DNA from: Callorhinchus milii
Lineage: Eukaryota
Assembly: GCF_018977255.1 (NCBI RefSeq)
Contig: NW_024704743.1
Coordinates: forward strand, 97,280,001-97,344,000
Direction: 5' to 3'
Length of the DNA stretch: 64,000 bases
The notes under the pieces: generated by a model
Database searches by the model: none
What the model was told of the DNA's origin: nothing
What the model saw: the letters and a program-made list of their open reading frames with translations, nothing else
Position numbers and translations under genes: made by a program
Shown here: positions 52,091 through 64,000 of the stretch, in pieces
Layout of the letters: the number at the start of each line of letters is the position of its first letter
Numbering within the stretch: the first letter of the stretch is position 1

Positions 52091-53342
52091 AAGGAAATGG
52101 TGGCTTTGCTGGGACTAATCTCTCTTGAGCAGAAATGACTGAAGAGGTGGGGGAAGGGTGTAACTTGATAGATAGAAGCACTTAACAATAATAATACTTT
52201 CACGCCAGGAGGACGACCCAAAGCTTGTAGTATGTGTTTTGTGGGCAAAAGGGCAGCCAATTTGTGCACAGCAATGTCCCACAAGCAGTCATGAAATGAC
52301 TCAGAGGTCAGAGTGCTAGCAACTGAGCCAGGCTGATACACAAATCAGAATATTAAGGGTTTTTGACAATTTGGATTCAGCATTTCTGCAAATATAAAAT
52401 TCAATGAAAGGTACAATGAAATACAAATAAAATTTTGAAGGTCTTCATACCTTCAAAAATTAAAGGAACAATACTACTACTAATAATAATAATCCTTGCA
52501 TTTGACATAGCGCTTTTCACGTCTTCTAGACATCTTCAAAGCGCTTCACAGAATATACTGTAAAGTGAATTGACTATATTTTGTGGGCGAAACTGAACAA
52601 TAGGAACTGCAGGAGACTTCCTAGGTATGTGAACAAATTTGTAGACAAGAGGTCAAATGAGAAATGGCAAAAGGATTTCATAAAGGAGCTGGACAAAATC
52701 CTGTCAGTTAAAAGGCTGTAGTGCTATTAGATTCAAAAATGAATCATGTGGGACATCGAAGTAAACCAGTTTGATCAATGATCTTCTCCGGTCTGAAATT
52801 GTTACAATGTTACTATAGAATAACATTTGCAACATTGTACATATTCAATAGACACATTCAATGTGGCTATTATCATGCATCCAAAGTGTGTCCTCAGAGA
52901 TCAAACATAGGTTTATGCTCCCGTTTGTCTATTCAGAACACTGAATGATGGCTGGCTCTGTACAAAAAACTACAACTCAATAGGTATCCCACTTAATACA
53001 ATAGACAGATTTGTTTACCTTTATCTTCCTATTGTTTGCATTTGAATTTCGAATAACCTTGGAATGTCTCAATGCATTTTGCACATAATTTTTGTAAAGT
53101 GAAGTGACATTTTAGTTGAATGTGGCAGCTAGTTTGCAAACAGCAATGTTCGCAATCAGTCATTAAATACATTTCCAATTTATGTGGAGACCAGATTAAA
53201 TAAACTCCCTTCTCTTTTCAAATTGTGGAATCTTTAACATTTAACCTTAACAGACAGACTAGACCTCAGTACGATCTGAGGGATAGCAACTGTAACAATG
53301 CAGGACTCCCCAGGTAGTGCTTTGGAATGCCACCAAACACTG

Positions 53343-53715
53343 AATAATAATAATAATCTTTGCATTTGATATAGCGCTTTTCAGGTCTTCTAGATGTCTC
53401 AAAGCGCTTCACAGAATATACTGTAAAGTGAATTGACTGTATATTTGTGGGCAAAACGTGGAAGGCAATTGTGCACAGCAGTGTCCCACAAACAGTCGTG
53501 GATTGAGAGACCAAATTATTATTGTTTTTTTTGAAGGGATTATTATCCCTGGAAAAGCGACCCGCTAATCAACTAGCAACCAGATTTCTACTTACTGCTA
53601 GGTAAACAGAGGTGTGTGGAGTAGGATACTTGCCCAACATCTCGACCTGCCGGGAATTGAACCCTGGTCTCTCGCTTGCGAGGCGAGTGCTCTAAACACT
53701 GAGCTACAGGACTCC
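53343..53715 (-). mobile_element. Young SINE, long form, full length, nested in an old Deu SINE (53020-53790)
   Basis: Complete head to tail; probable TSD CTGAA. Confidence 0.92.
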
Positions 53716-54399
53716 TGAAGTCCCAATGTGGGGCTTGAACGCATAAATTTATTGACAAAGAAGTGAGAGTGCTACCAACTGAGTCAGGCTCACACAACCT
53801 ATTCAACGGCAGTAGTATTCATGGTTTTCTCAGAAGAATGAATGGAGCCCTTCACATGGCAAATGGGAAAGTACATTATTGGGCATACATTCTGTTCCAA
53901 TCACAGGTCCTATAGTTCCTGCAAAACATGGAACTGTTTCAAGAACTTTCCTTTCTGCCACTGGAGGGAGCCCTGATACTTACACAGTATTAAAGTTACT
54001 GGAATGTTTGGCAAAAATAAAAGGTATCCACGACTTTCTTTGTACCATCCGCCAGTGGATAGTGTCCCACAATCACAATAGGTTTGAAATTGCCCCTAGA
54101 CTTAGCCTGTAGGACCATTTCATCTTAAAATTTTATTTTGTATCGAACTATGGAAAATTCTTCAATTCAGTCTGAATTTGAAAGCTGGTTCTTCATAAGA
54201 ACTGCAGAAAACTGGCTTCCACATTAAGTCTAAAGTGTAGAATTTTCCACAAGTCTGTGCAATCTTTAATTTTAAAGGCAAAACGGTCTTAAGGGGCTTA
54301 CAGGGGTGGTGATTGGGGCTACTTTTAGATAAGAAACACTTTGATTTTGAACAAATCAACTGAATTGAAAAAATTTCCACAGATTCTGCACAATGAAGT

Positions 54400-54700
54400 C
54401 ACAGTCGAGGCTGACACTCCATTGCAGTGCTGGAGATGTTGTCCTTCAAATGAGATTGCTCCATCTGCCATTTGGGTGCATTTTCAAGAATTAATGACAG
54501 TATTTAGAAAGGGATAGGACTTTTTTCTGGTGTCTTGGCAACAATCCTCCAGATAAATTGGTCTTTCACCCATGGCTTTTTATGGGGCTTCACTGTGGCT
54601 GTCGTGTTTTCCTACAATAAAACACGGTCACTGATAGCAGTTACTTGTGAAGTTTTTTGAGATGTTTGAGTGTTAAAGAGGGCTTATTATTATTATTGCT
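54400..54700 (+). mobile_element. Old Deu-domain SINE
   Basis: GGCTGACACTCCATTGCAGTGCTGG..AATGAGA..GGTGTCTTGGCAAC. Confidence 0.65.
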
Positions 54701-55699
54701 ACAAGATAGGTTCATATGAAAAGATCCTCAATATCCATCCTACTTTCTTCCCATTACAGAATCAAACAGTTTCTTAAATTACCAGTGTCCTGGCTTCAAC
54801 CACCCTTTCTGGCAGCTTATTCCACCTGCTGATACTGTGTGAAGAAAGCATTCCTGGTGGACTGCCCTAAAATTGCTATTCACAATGAACACTGAACCTG
54901 AACCTGGGCCCTCTTGTCCTGCTGATTTGACACATCTGAAAGTATTCTTTCAGTTTTTTAAAAATAAATTATACTTAGAACCTCATTTACTTCCATGAAA
55001 TCTCTGTGAGGTATTTATTTTTCATGACTGATGAGCCCTAGCCTATCTAGTCATTCCTCATTCTTCTAACACTTGAACCAGGCTTGTTACGCTGCTGTGT
55101 GCTTTCTTTGGATCCTGGTTAGCTCTCTTACGTCACTGTAACCAGAACTAAACACTGTAAGCTATAACCCTGGCTGGCTGGATGAATGGTGGGGAGATCC
55201 AATCTGGCGAGCTGGAGTTTCTGGCTAATTGTAATTACAATGCCAGTACAGCTATTTTCCAGTTGTTTTTGGCATCGACTTTTTTTCAGTTCTGAAAAAC
55301 TGCCAGTAAATGCCGGTACCGCAATGCAATTGTTTAAATCCCACAAGCAGAAGATAGTGAACAAGCTCCCTGCAGCTCGCAGTATTCAAACAGAATCAAA
55401 GCCAATAGCCCTGGCCACCGAAGGCCAGCAAGCACACAAGGAGAGTGGCTATTGGGAGTCCACACATGACCCACAGAATTACTTTTAATTTTTTCCATTT
55501 CTGGCTTGGTCCGGCTAGATACAAATTGCGGATACGCGAAGGCTGGTAAGACAGGAGGTTTACTGTATTTCATATAGTATCTGACCAAAGCACTATATAG
55601 CTTTAGCATGAATTCTGGGCATCTGAACACAATTGAGTTGGCAATAAATTTTATCTCTTATTCATACTTTTTAGCTCTTATCTTGCATTTATTTGTATT

Positions 55700-55960
55700 G
55701 TGCAGTGCTGGCAGAGAATGCTGCGTCATTGGAAGTGTCATCCAAATGAGATGCTAAACCTGTTTGCCTGTCCAGGTGGATGTTAAAGGTCCCATGGCAG
55801 TATTCAAAAAGAGAAGGGATCATGTTCTGGAACTAAAGTGTAACAACATTTCAAATGACTGCAGTTTCTCCAACAATGCTCTTGTAACCATTAAAGGCAT
55901 AAAGAATACACAAGCACTATACTTTACAGTAAATGCTATGAAGCTCTTTGAGACTCCTCT
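55700..55960 (+). mobile_element. Old Deu-domain SINE
   Basis: ATGAGATGCTAAACC..CAGGTGGATGTTAAAGGTCCCATGGCAGTATTC. Confidence 0.72.
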
Positions 55961-57592
55961 TGACAACCTCCTCCAGCGCGATACTAAATATAGAGATATA
56001 TTACTATAATCTACATAAACAGAAAGCTGAGGACGTCTGAACCCAGTGATATGAGAGAACAGAATTAACAAATATTAAACACAATCAAAGCACTGATGCC
56101 CTGATTCAATGGTAATTGTTAATCCATCTGTAAGTCAGCTGCCTTACTTACATTGTTACATTGCTGGATTCAGTATCTTTCCAATGAGTCCTGTAATTTC
56201 ATCAACAGAAACTATGTTGTTGTCTGAGATGCACATTGTTAGTAAAAATACTTCTTGCATTTGATATTAGCACCTATCACATTGTCAAAATGTATCAAAG
56301 TGTTTCACAGGATTCACTGTAACATGGAGTGACTGTGCATTTTGTAGGCAAACACAGCAGTCAATTTGCATACAGCAGTGTCCCACAAACAGACCTGAAG
56401 TGAATTTTACCAATTTGGGGGATAGTTGTCCAGGTCACAAGGAGAAACTCCCTTCTCTTTTCTAATGCGTCATTGGATCTTAAATGTTCACCTGAACAGG
56501 TGGATCAGCCTTCGTTTAACATCCCATTGTTTTCCTGCTGCTCATTTTTGGAAGTTTAAACTGGATAGTTTGGAAAAACACAGGTGGTATCACAGAAGCA
56601 GTCTCCTCTACAAATAGGTAATAGTGCAATCCCACCATTAGTATTACAATAAAGCAACCACATTCTTTATATCACTGGGACTTCCCATTTTTGTTCTGCA
56701 CATAGAATCTCAAAGGTCTAAATTCCCATGTTCTTAAGGTGAAGAAAATCTTCAAAATTAAGATGGGGAGAAAAAAAGGCTTAAATTAATTCCCAGTTAG
56801 AAGCTGTTTTCTCACATAACCCAAAAAAACCTCTGAAAAATTAACTTCCAAATTAAAATGGCATAAGTGACATTGAAAGGGTGGAAATAAAAGTAGAGAA
56901 TGACAATAGACGTTAGGGCCGAAAATGACAAAGTAACAAAATAATGTTGTTGTTGAGCTCAATATGTCAGTTGTTAATTTAACTGTAAATTGTTATGTAA
57001 ATTAAACGTTAATTTAAATGTAAATTGAGACAATTAAGAGAGACTGCAGGTAACAAATAACAATATCCTAGAGCTGCAGTCAATCTAAATACCAGTCAAT
57101 GTTAAACATGGTCATATTTCAGCATATGATCAGTATCCTACAGCTGGCCCCCATTTATTTCTCATAAAAAAACATTTAAACGTAGATACTGATTCCACTT
57201 GTGGAAATGTTAATATCTTCAAAAACCTATCTAATTAACTTCTTGTAGAGATGTGACGCAGAAGTTAGATGCATCATTTTCTATACTTCACCTTCATGTA
57301 CAAATCCCTTCATGCCCTGGCATCCCCCTACATTTCCGATCTGTTAACTGCCCACTCCACCACCCACTCCTTCAGCTGGCTCTGGCCTCTTGCACATCCA
57401 TCGTCCCCTCCGCTCCACCATCGGTGGCTGTGCTTTCAGCCAGTGCCCCCTGAATTATGTATCTCTTTTCCTTAATCCCTCTGCCTTGCCTTCTCCTTCC
57501 CTGTCTTCAGATCACATCTGAGGACCTTGCCTATTATAGCCTCTACCCTGCTGGGCACCAGGCTCTGCCACTGAAGCGCTCCGAGACGCTAC

Positions 57593-58447
57593 CAACAACA
57601 ACAAGATTTCATTTATAGAGCGCCTTTCACGTCGGGAGGACGTCCTAAGGCGCAGGACAGTTGGGTCGGGACCCGAGCAGGGGGGAAATGGTCAGGGTGA
57701 GGGGAGGGAAGGGAGGGAGCGAGGAGGGGGTAGAGAGTCGAAAGGGGAGCTGAAGGCACGGTCGAAGAGAAAGGTCTTGAGACCGGCCTTGAAGGAGGAA
57801 AGGGAGGAGGCGGCGAAGGCACTGGGGGATGGAGTTCCAGAGCCTCGGGGCTGAGAGGCTGAAGGCCCGGCCACGGATGGTAGGGCGGTTGGGGCGGGGG
57901 ATGTGGAGCAGACCGGAGCCAGAGGAACGGAGGGTACGGGCAGGTAGGTAGGGGGATAGTAGGTTGGAGAGGTAGGAGGGAGCAAGGCCGTGAATGGCCT
58001 TGTAGGTGAGGATGAGGATCTTGAATTCGATCCTCTGGGGGATGGGGAGCCAGTGGAGGCGAGCGAGGGTGGGAGTGATGTGGTCCCGAAGCCTGGTGCG
58101 GGACAGTACACGAGCTGCAGAGTTCTGAATGACCTGCAGCTTGTGGAGGGAGGTGCGGGAAGGCCGGCGAGGAGAGAGTTCCCATAGTCCAGCCTTGAGG
58201 TGATAAAGGCGTGGACCAGTGTTTCAGCAGCGTGAGGGGTGAGGTAGTGCCGTAGTCTGGTGATATTCCGGAGGTGATGGCGCGGATATGAGGGAGAAAG
58301 GACAGCTCAGGGTCGAACAGAACCCCGAGGTTCCTGATTGGCTTTGAGAGGTGGAGAGTGCAGCCTTGGATGCTGATGCTGTCAGCGCCAGAGGTGCGGA
58401 GGCGCTGACGCGAGCCAATCAGGAGGCGAGCGAGGGTGGGAGTGATG
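57593..58447 (-). mobile_element. Young 5'-truncated L2 LINE
   Basis: Highly similar to 20987-21722; encodes [18 protein letters not shown] and [15 protein letters not shown]; (CAA)n tail on the plus strand. Confidence 0.93.
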
Positions 58448-59049
58448 CATGATGCATTACCATGCATGAAGGGCGCTATATAAATGCATGTTGTTGTTGT
58501 TGTTGTTGTGTGCTGGGCTTTCCTATTTATAGCGAAACTCAGAGGAAAAGCGAGATTTTGCAAATTTGGTGCATGTTGGCACCATTTTTTAAAAAATCAC
58601 AATTTGTGTGCCAGAATTCAATCCGTTATAACCTCTGACTGAGATCACTTCCCCGATTCAAACGACTCTTTTGAATGATGCTACTGTTGTGGGAAAGGCT
58701 TCCTCCTGGTCCTAGAGCCCTAACGAGTTATTTTACTGTGTTGATACGTCCTGGTCCTCAGCATGTTTTAGTTTTTTAGTGAATATTTCGATTGCAACAT
58801 GTAGATTCTGTCTTCTTTATAATGATCCTGAATCCTATCCCTGCACACGACAGCTTATTTTGCAATTTTCTGACAAAAACTATTGCGACAAGACGGTGAT
58901 ACAAAAGAAAAGTTTGTGATGTTCACACTCTGTTTTAAAAGACCTATGTATCTAAGGTTGAATATTTACAAAGAGTTAGAAGATGATAATAATATAATAT
59001 GTTATTACATTATTATTATTATATATTATATAAAAAAATATAATAATAT

Positions 59050-59360
59050 AATAATGATAATCTAACACCTATAAACTTGAAACGTCTTAAAGCGCTTTGC
59101 AGGGAATTGCTGTAAGGTGTAGTGAATGTGTATTTATTGGCATTGCGGCAGCCAATTTACATAAAACAATGCCCCACAAGCAACCAACAAGGTGAATGAC
59201 CAAATTTATCTGGAAGATTATTGATCAGAAACACTGTGAGAAACTCCCATCTCTTTTTGAACAGTGTCATGAGATCTTTAACATATATCCAAACAGGCAG
59301 ATGAGACCTCAGTTTAACATCTCATCCAAAGGATGGAACCTCTGACAGTACAACGCTCCA
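59050..59360 (-). mobile_element. Old Deu-domain SINE
   Basis: GAGATCTTTAACAT..GACCTCAGTTTAACATCTCATCC. Confidence 0.72.
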
Positions 59361-59739
59361 TACAGTGGAACATAATTTAGAGGATCAAGTGTTATCCTAA
59401 ATCAAACACCAGCTGAATCTTAGTAGTGTTGGAGCCTTCAGCTATGAGCAAAATATCTGGTTAATTAACTCCCTGTACAGGGTAACATCTGGGGTGGAGA
59501 GGATTCAGAGTCCACTTAATTTCACTATTTGATGCTTCCTGACTATCTGCATCTGCAAATTAGTCCACGTGGCATTAATAAAAAGCTACCAGGACAGCTT
59601 TTGAATCAAAAATAAATGTAGCATTGCACTATCACTCGACTACCAAAGGGGACACACAGCTGTCATGATATTTGCATCTATTATATTTAATTTAATTGAT
59701 CTTCCTTTAATTACTTTCACAGACTACTTTCAGATATCT

Positions 59740-59958
59740 GTGTACATCCACTTTCTAGCAAAACACACTGGATAATTATCAGAAACAGGATCCCTGGCTG
59801 ACATTTTCCCTTCACTAGCCCAGGGGCAGCTGGGATCAATTATTGTTCCCTTAGTCCTTCCCCTGCAAGTTCAGCACAGACTAGGGTTCAGACTTGCCAT
59901 GTCCTTAGTCTGTTCAACTCAATTCCGCACTAGGCAGTGGTTTTAACAACTGACCCCT
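59740..59958 (-). mobile_element. AmnSINE2-like ancient SINE relic
   Basis: CACTGGATAATTATCAG..CCCTGGCTGAC..CTAGCCCAGGGGCA..TCAGCACAGACT..GGCAGTG; homologous to 11835-12090. Confidence 0.6.
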
Positions 59959-60724
59959 AGTTAATATAATGTTACTGTTGTGTTCATCAAAGAATACATT
60001 TGGAGTCATGTTTCTCCAATACAGAGTAATCCTTCCTAAACAGCAGCCTGGATTGTTCCTGCAGGAGTGGGAATATTACAAGGTTTGCTGTTGCCAAGCC
60101 TCTCCTGCTCCTCCTGGGAGTCTGTCATCCACCCTTTTAACCAGAGCTGTTGTGTGGTTGGAAGGTAGTTTGTTTTAAAAACAAATTCAAACAAAATAAA
60201 TTCAATTTGTTGTTGTTTAAGACCAAAAAGAGCAGTGCGTTTCTGTGTGCCCAATTGTCTGTATCCCAGTTTATGTTCCTGTAGTTGATAACAACAATTT
60301 GTGCTTTCATGTAGGAAATGTGTTTTACAAAGATAATGGATATTGACAACAAAACAAAAACGTGCATTTATTTAGCACCCCTCAACCAAGGCAGTGCCCC
60401 AGAGTGCTTGAACGAGCAGGGAGGAAAAGAAAGGAAATTTGAGGGTGTTGCCCAAAAGCACGGTCAAAGAATAATGTTTTTATGAGAGGTTTAAAAGTTA
60501 GGAAATGGGAGAAAGATTAAAGGAATTTCCGATTCTCAGCTCTCTCTTACTTTATGTCTCTTTTAAAGCAAAACAACGTTGTGACGTGAAGCCGCCTGCC
60601 TAGTCTATGATGGTTGGCTACTGGCATAAATCAAGTAATATCAAATCAAGTAAGTAACATTTACTTTGGTGTGACTGGAATTACCCTACGCCTTTTTTTT
60701 TTNGCTTAAATGTTTTAATTTAAA

Positions 60725-60800
60725 TTGGAGTTGAGGTGCAGATCAGCCGTGATCTAAAAGAATGGCAGGACGGGCTGGAGGGACCGAATGGCCTATTCCA
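60725..60800 (+). mobile_element. CR1 3' UTR tail fragment
   Basis: GATCAGCCGTGATC..GAATGGC..GAGGGACCGAATGGCCTA, as in the tails at 40510-40570 and 49250-49300. Confidence 0.7.
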
Positions 60801-60999
60801 GATACTTTGGGACAGATTGTTAATTCAGCCTTAACTTCGAAGACGATTGTCTGCATATTCAGTGCAGAGCTGCAGAAAAAAGAAAGGGAATCACTGAAAA
60901 TTGGGATGACGTTTCAGAATGAAGCCAATATGTACCCCCTCTGAAATGCCAAGAACAAAACAAATAAAGGAGCCAGTTCTGACCCCCAGGTGCAATCTC

Positions 61000-61455
61000 T
61001 GTCTGGGCTCTAGGACCTGGGCGCTGCTGCAGTAGTGCTGGAGAGTGGGTGCGTCCCTTCAGTGCTGTGCAGCGGAGAGTCTGTGAGAGTGAGTCCCCGC
61101 ACTGTCCCACCACAGCACAAATGCAACGGCAAACGTCCAGGGTCCGGCCATCAGCGTGTGCACACCCCGTCAGCCCTGGTGGCACAGCGCCGAGCCGAGC
61201 CGAGCCGAGCCGGGAGGGGAGGGGAGGGGAGGTGGGCGGCTGTCAGAGCCTCAGAGCCTCTCCCCCGTCACTCTCCCTCTCCATTGTGTGGCTCTGCTTC
61301 TAACGGGTTAGTAAACCAGGGATGAAGCTGTCCTGCACCCCCCACAGCCACAGCCAGGTCACAGCTGCCCTCCCCTGCTTCACTCCTCATCGTTAATAGC
61401 TCCTCCAGCCAAGGCTTTCGCTCTGCTATCCCAAGGTAACAATCAATCCTCTGCC
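61000..61455. promoter_or_regulatory. GC-rich candidate regulatory element
   Basis: Local CpG enrichment, (GCCGA)n, (GGGGA)n, no recognisable repeat family; SOX-like CATTGT/AACAAT and FOX-like GTAAAC words. Confidence 0.4.
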
Positions 61456-62269
61456 CCCCCCCCACCCCACACACACACACACACAAAAGTTATCCTTGGA
61501 AATATTTGAGTTTTTGTTTTTAGTTTAAAAATGGAATATTTGGATTGCATTTAATTCGCCCCTTTCGCTTGATTTGGTTTTTTTTTAAAAAAAATTGTAT
61601 TCCACACAAATGAGATTATAATTTTCTATGAGAATCGAATGGTAAAGTAAAACCGAACCCTAATAATTAGATCTAATACAATCAGTCAAAAGTCTGTTAC
61701 AAAGGGTAAAGGAGACATAGGCTGAAGGGTAGCAGAGAAGACTTAATTAATAATATCAATAATAATAATAATAAATGTACTGTACTTAATACAGAGAGAG
61801 TGGGGTCTATATGGAACAGGGTAAGCGAGAGCGTGCACTTTTATGGCACCTTCATATGTCAAAAGTTTTAAACGTCTCAAAGTGCTTCCCAAGTTCTGTA
61901 ATTATTGTTAACTGTAGTTTACCTTTTTGGGAGACTACCCTGGGAAGAGATGTAGGAAGAGTGTATCAGCAAATGCAAGAGGGAATTAAATTAAGTATTT
62001 TGTGAATCATGTGATTAAGTAGCACGATACAGTAGTCTAGGATTTACATTATTTTTTAGTCTGGCAGATTCTGTCGTTTCTGTAGATTCCTACACCTGAT
62101 TCTGAATGTGAAATACACCTGCAAGTAGATGCACATTGTTTCTCGCTAACTTTAATAGTGTTACATTGGTTAATCTTTCAATGTAATGGCATTCGCTATG
62201 AACGTGGATTGTGTTGATAAGTTTGTGTCTACTGACATTTAGGACCCAGATAGAGTACACTAGCAGAGT

Positions 62270-62830
62270 GATCGAAAGCACGGTCGAAGAGGAGGGTCTT
62301 GAGATGGGTCTTGAAGGAGGCAAGGGAGGGTGCGAGATGGAGTTCCAGAGGGTGGGGGCAGAGTGGCAGAAGGCCCGCCCGCCAGTCATGGGGCGAACGA
62401 GACGGGGGATGTGAAGCAGGCCAGAGCCCGCTGAGCGGAGGGAGTGAGTAAAATGGTAGGGGGGAGCGAGGTAGGGGGTTAGGAGGTCGCAGAGGTCGGG
62501 GGGAAGCAAGACCATGGAGGGCTTTGAAGGTGAGGATCAGGATCTTGAACTGTATCCTCTGTGTAATGGGAAGCCAGTGGAGTCGGGCGAGGATGGGGGT
62601 GATAAGTTCATGGAGCCTAGTGCAGGAGAGGACACGGGCTGCAGAGTTCTGGATGATCTGCAGCCTGTGGAAGGAGGAGTTGGGGAGGCCGACAAGCAAG
62701 GAGTTTGCATAGTCAAGCCTCGATGTAATGAATGCGTGTATGAGGATTTCGGCAGCCTGCGGTGTGAGACAGTGGCAGAGCTGGGCGATGTTGTGGAGGT
62801 GGGGAAGGCAGAGCGGGTCATGACACAGAT
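62270..62830 (-). mobile_element. L2 LINE ORF2 3' fragment
   Basis: [48 protein letters not shown]. Confidence 0.9.
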
Positions 62831-63418
62831 GTGGGATAAAAAAAGGATCGAAAACTAATGGCAACATTGTGGGAATAGGATCTGATGCATTAACATCACA
62901 AAATTGATAACCAGGTCTACAAAAATTAATGTCAAATAGAGTGATGGGAGCAGGCCCTACACTTCGGTCTCTCTGCTCTGCAGCTAGATACCACATTACT
63001 TCCTGTCGTGTAAGTAGGGCATCAGAGGTATATTCAGTGCTATACACTTTAATCTGATTAAAGCTACTCCAAGACATTTACATGGTCACATTTGAAAAAC
63101 ACTCGCACGTGACTTCAAAGGAGAATTGTGGATGATCATTATGTCTTAAATCCCGTGAAATCAGACGTCTTACAATTCTCATAGTCTTCACCTAAGGACC
63201 ATTGTCTTAAATATGTTATCATTGCAGAAAGAACATTTCCCGAAAATCACGACTAAATTGAAGAATTTTCTTGAGTTCTGACAACATTCTTAAGTCTGAA
63301 AACATAAAACTGTGATGCCTCTGAAGTCCTTGTTTAGATGCCTTGCTCAGATATTTATCAGTCAATTGAACTCTTAATTGAAGGTGTGATTTTCCACTAA
63401 ATGAGTAGTTTAAAAATT

Positions 63419-63590
63419 CTAGGTCTAAAATTCCACCAAGTCTTATTTTCTCTTAAAATTTAAGGTAATGCAGAATTGTAGAATTTTTTTAAAATTCAGC
63501 CTTAACATGGAAATAAGTTTTGCACAATTTTTAAGCAGTATTGTGGAAAATGACTTGGCAGCCGAAGACAAGGCGGAATTTCTGGCCTAG
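63419..63590. mobile_element. MITE-like element with imperfect TIRs of about 26 bp
   Basis: Left CTAGGTCTAAAATTCCACCAAGTCTT; right end reverse-complemented CTAGGCCAGAAATTCCGCCTTGTCTT. Confidence 0.55.
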
Positions 63591-64000
63591 TATGCTGCAA
63601 GATTTTGTCAAATTTCTCATGCAGTTTAATAATTATGCTTTAAAATTTCCCAGAACCAGTGAAATGTTGTGTGTGTGTGTGTTTCCTTATGTTAAGAATT
63701 TTAAGTTCTGGAATTTAGTTACTGATTTTGGTGAATAAAACAACAGACCCGTTGAGCATCACTTATTTGTAGTGACATTTGTTCCGTGTGGTAAAAAGGA
63801 TGACCTGTTTTGATGAAAGACCCTCTTAACACAGCTCCAGGGTGTTTTACATGTGATTGCAGGCATGTGTAGTCATCTGTTTGAGCAATTTAGTTTGTTA
63901 GAAAACTCTTCAGATATTGCACCCGGATGACGTTCTTTGACATAGAGGGGTGCATCAAACAAGCTGTTCAACTTGCAGAAAAGCTCAAAATGTGTGCGCA

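Noticed and set aside
55520..55567. Tc1/mariner/Tigger-like end (reverse complement TACAGTAAACCTCC)
   Set aside because: No matching opposite terminus found, so an element cannot be delimited.
60703..60703. Single N base
   Set aside because: Assembly ambiguity beside a poly-T run; not biological.
63915..63922. TATTGCAC, the 5' end of miR-92/25-family mature sequences
   Set aside because: The rest of the mature sequence and a precursor hairpin are absent.
31900..64000. 3' exons of rbbp8 (upstream neighbour of CABLES1 in human)
   Set aside because: No CtIP C-terminal motif (for example PPxTPENFWEVGFP) seen on the minus strand; probably lies beyond the window.

Overview
Vertebrate genomic DNA, dominated by retroposons. 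The repeat families point to a cartilaginous fish, most likely a chimaera such as the elephant shark; this is inferred from remembered repeat consensi, not from a search. The only host coding sequence I can support is the first coding exon of cables1 (minus strand, 31123-30465), inside a CpG island. Positions 1-30464 are most likely intron 1, since no exon 2 was found, and about 31400-64000 is upstream intergenic DNA. The rest consists of a young tRNA-Ala-headed SINE with an L2-type tail, older Deu-domain SINEs, L2 and CR1 LINE fragments (several nested), AmnSINE2-like and LF-SINE-like relics, an unidentified old repeat, MITE-like elements, a short Helitron-like element, and Penelope-like termini carrying minimal hammerhead ribozyme motifs. 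Repeat boundaries are approximate unless junction sequence is quoted. No prokaryote-type systems (CRISPR, operons) are present.
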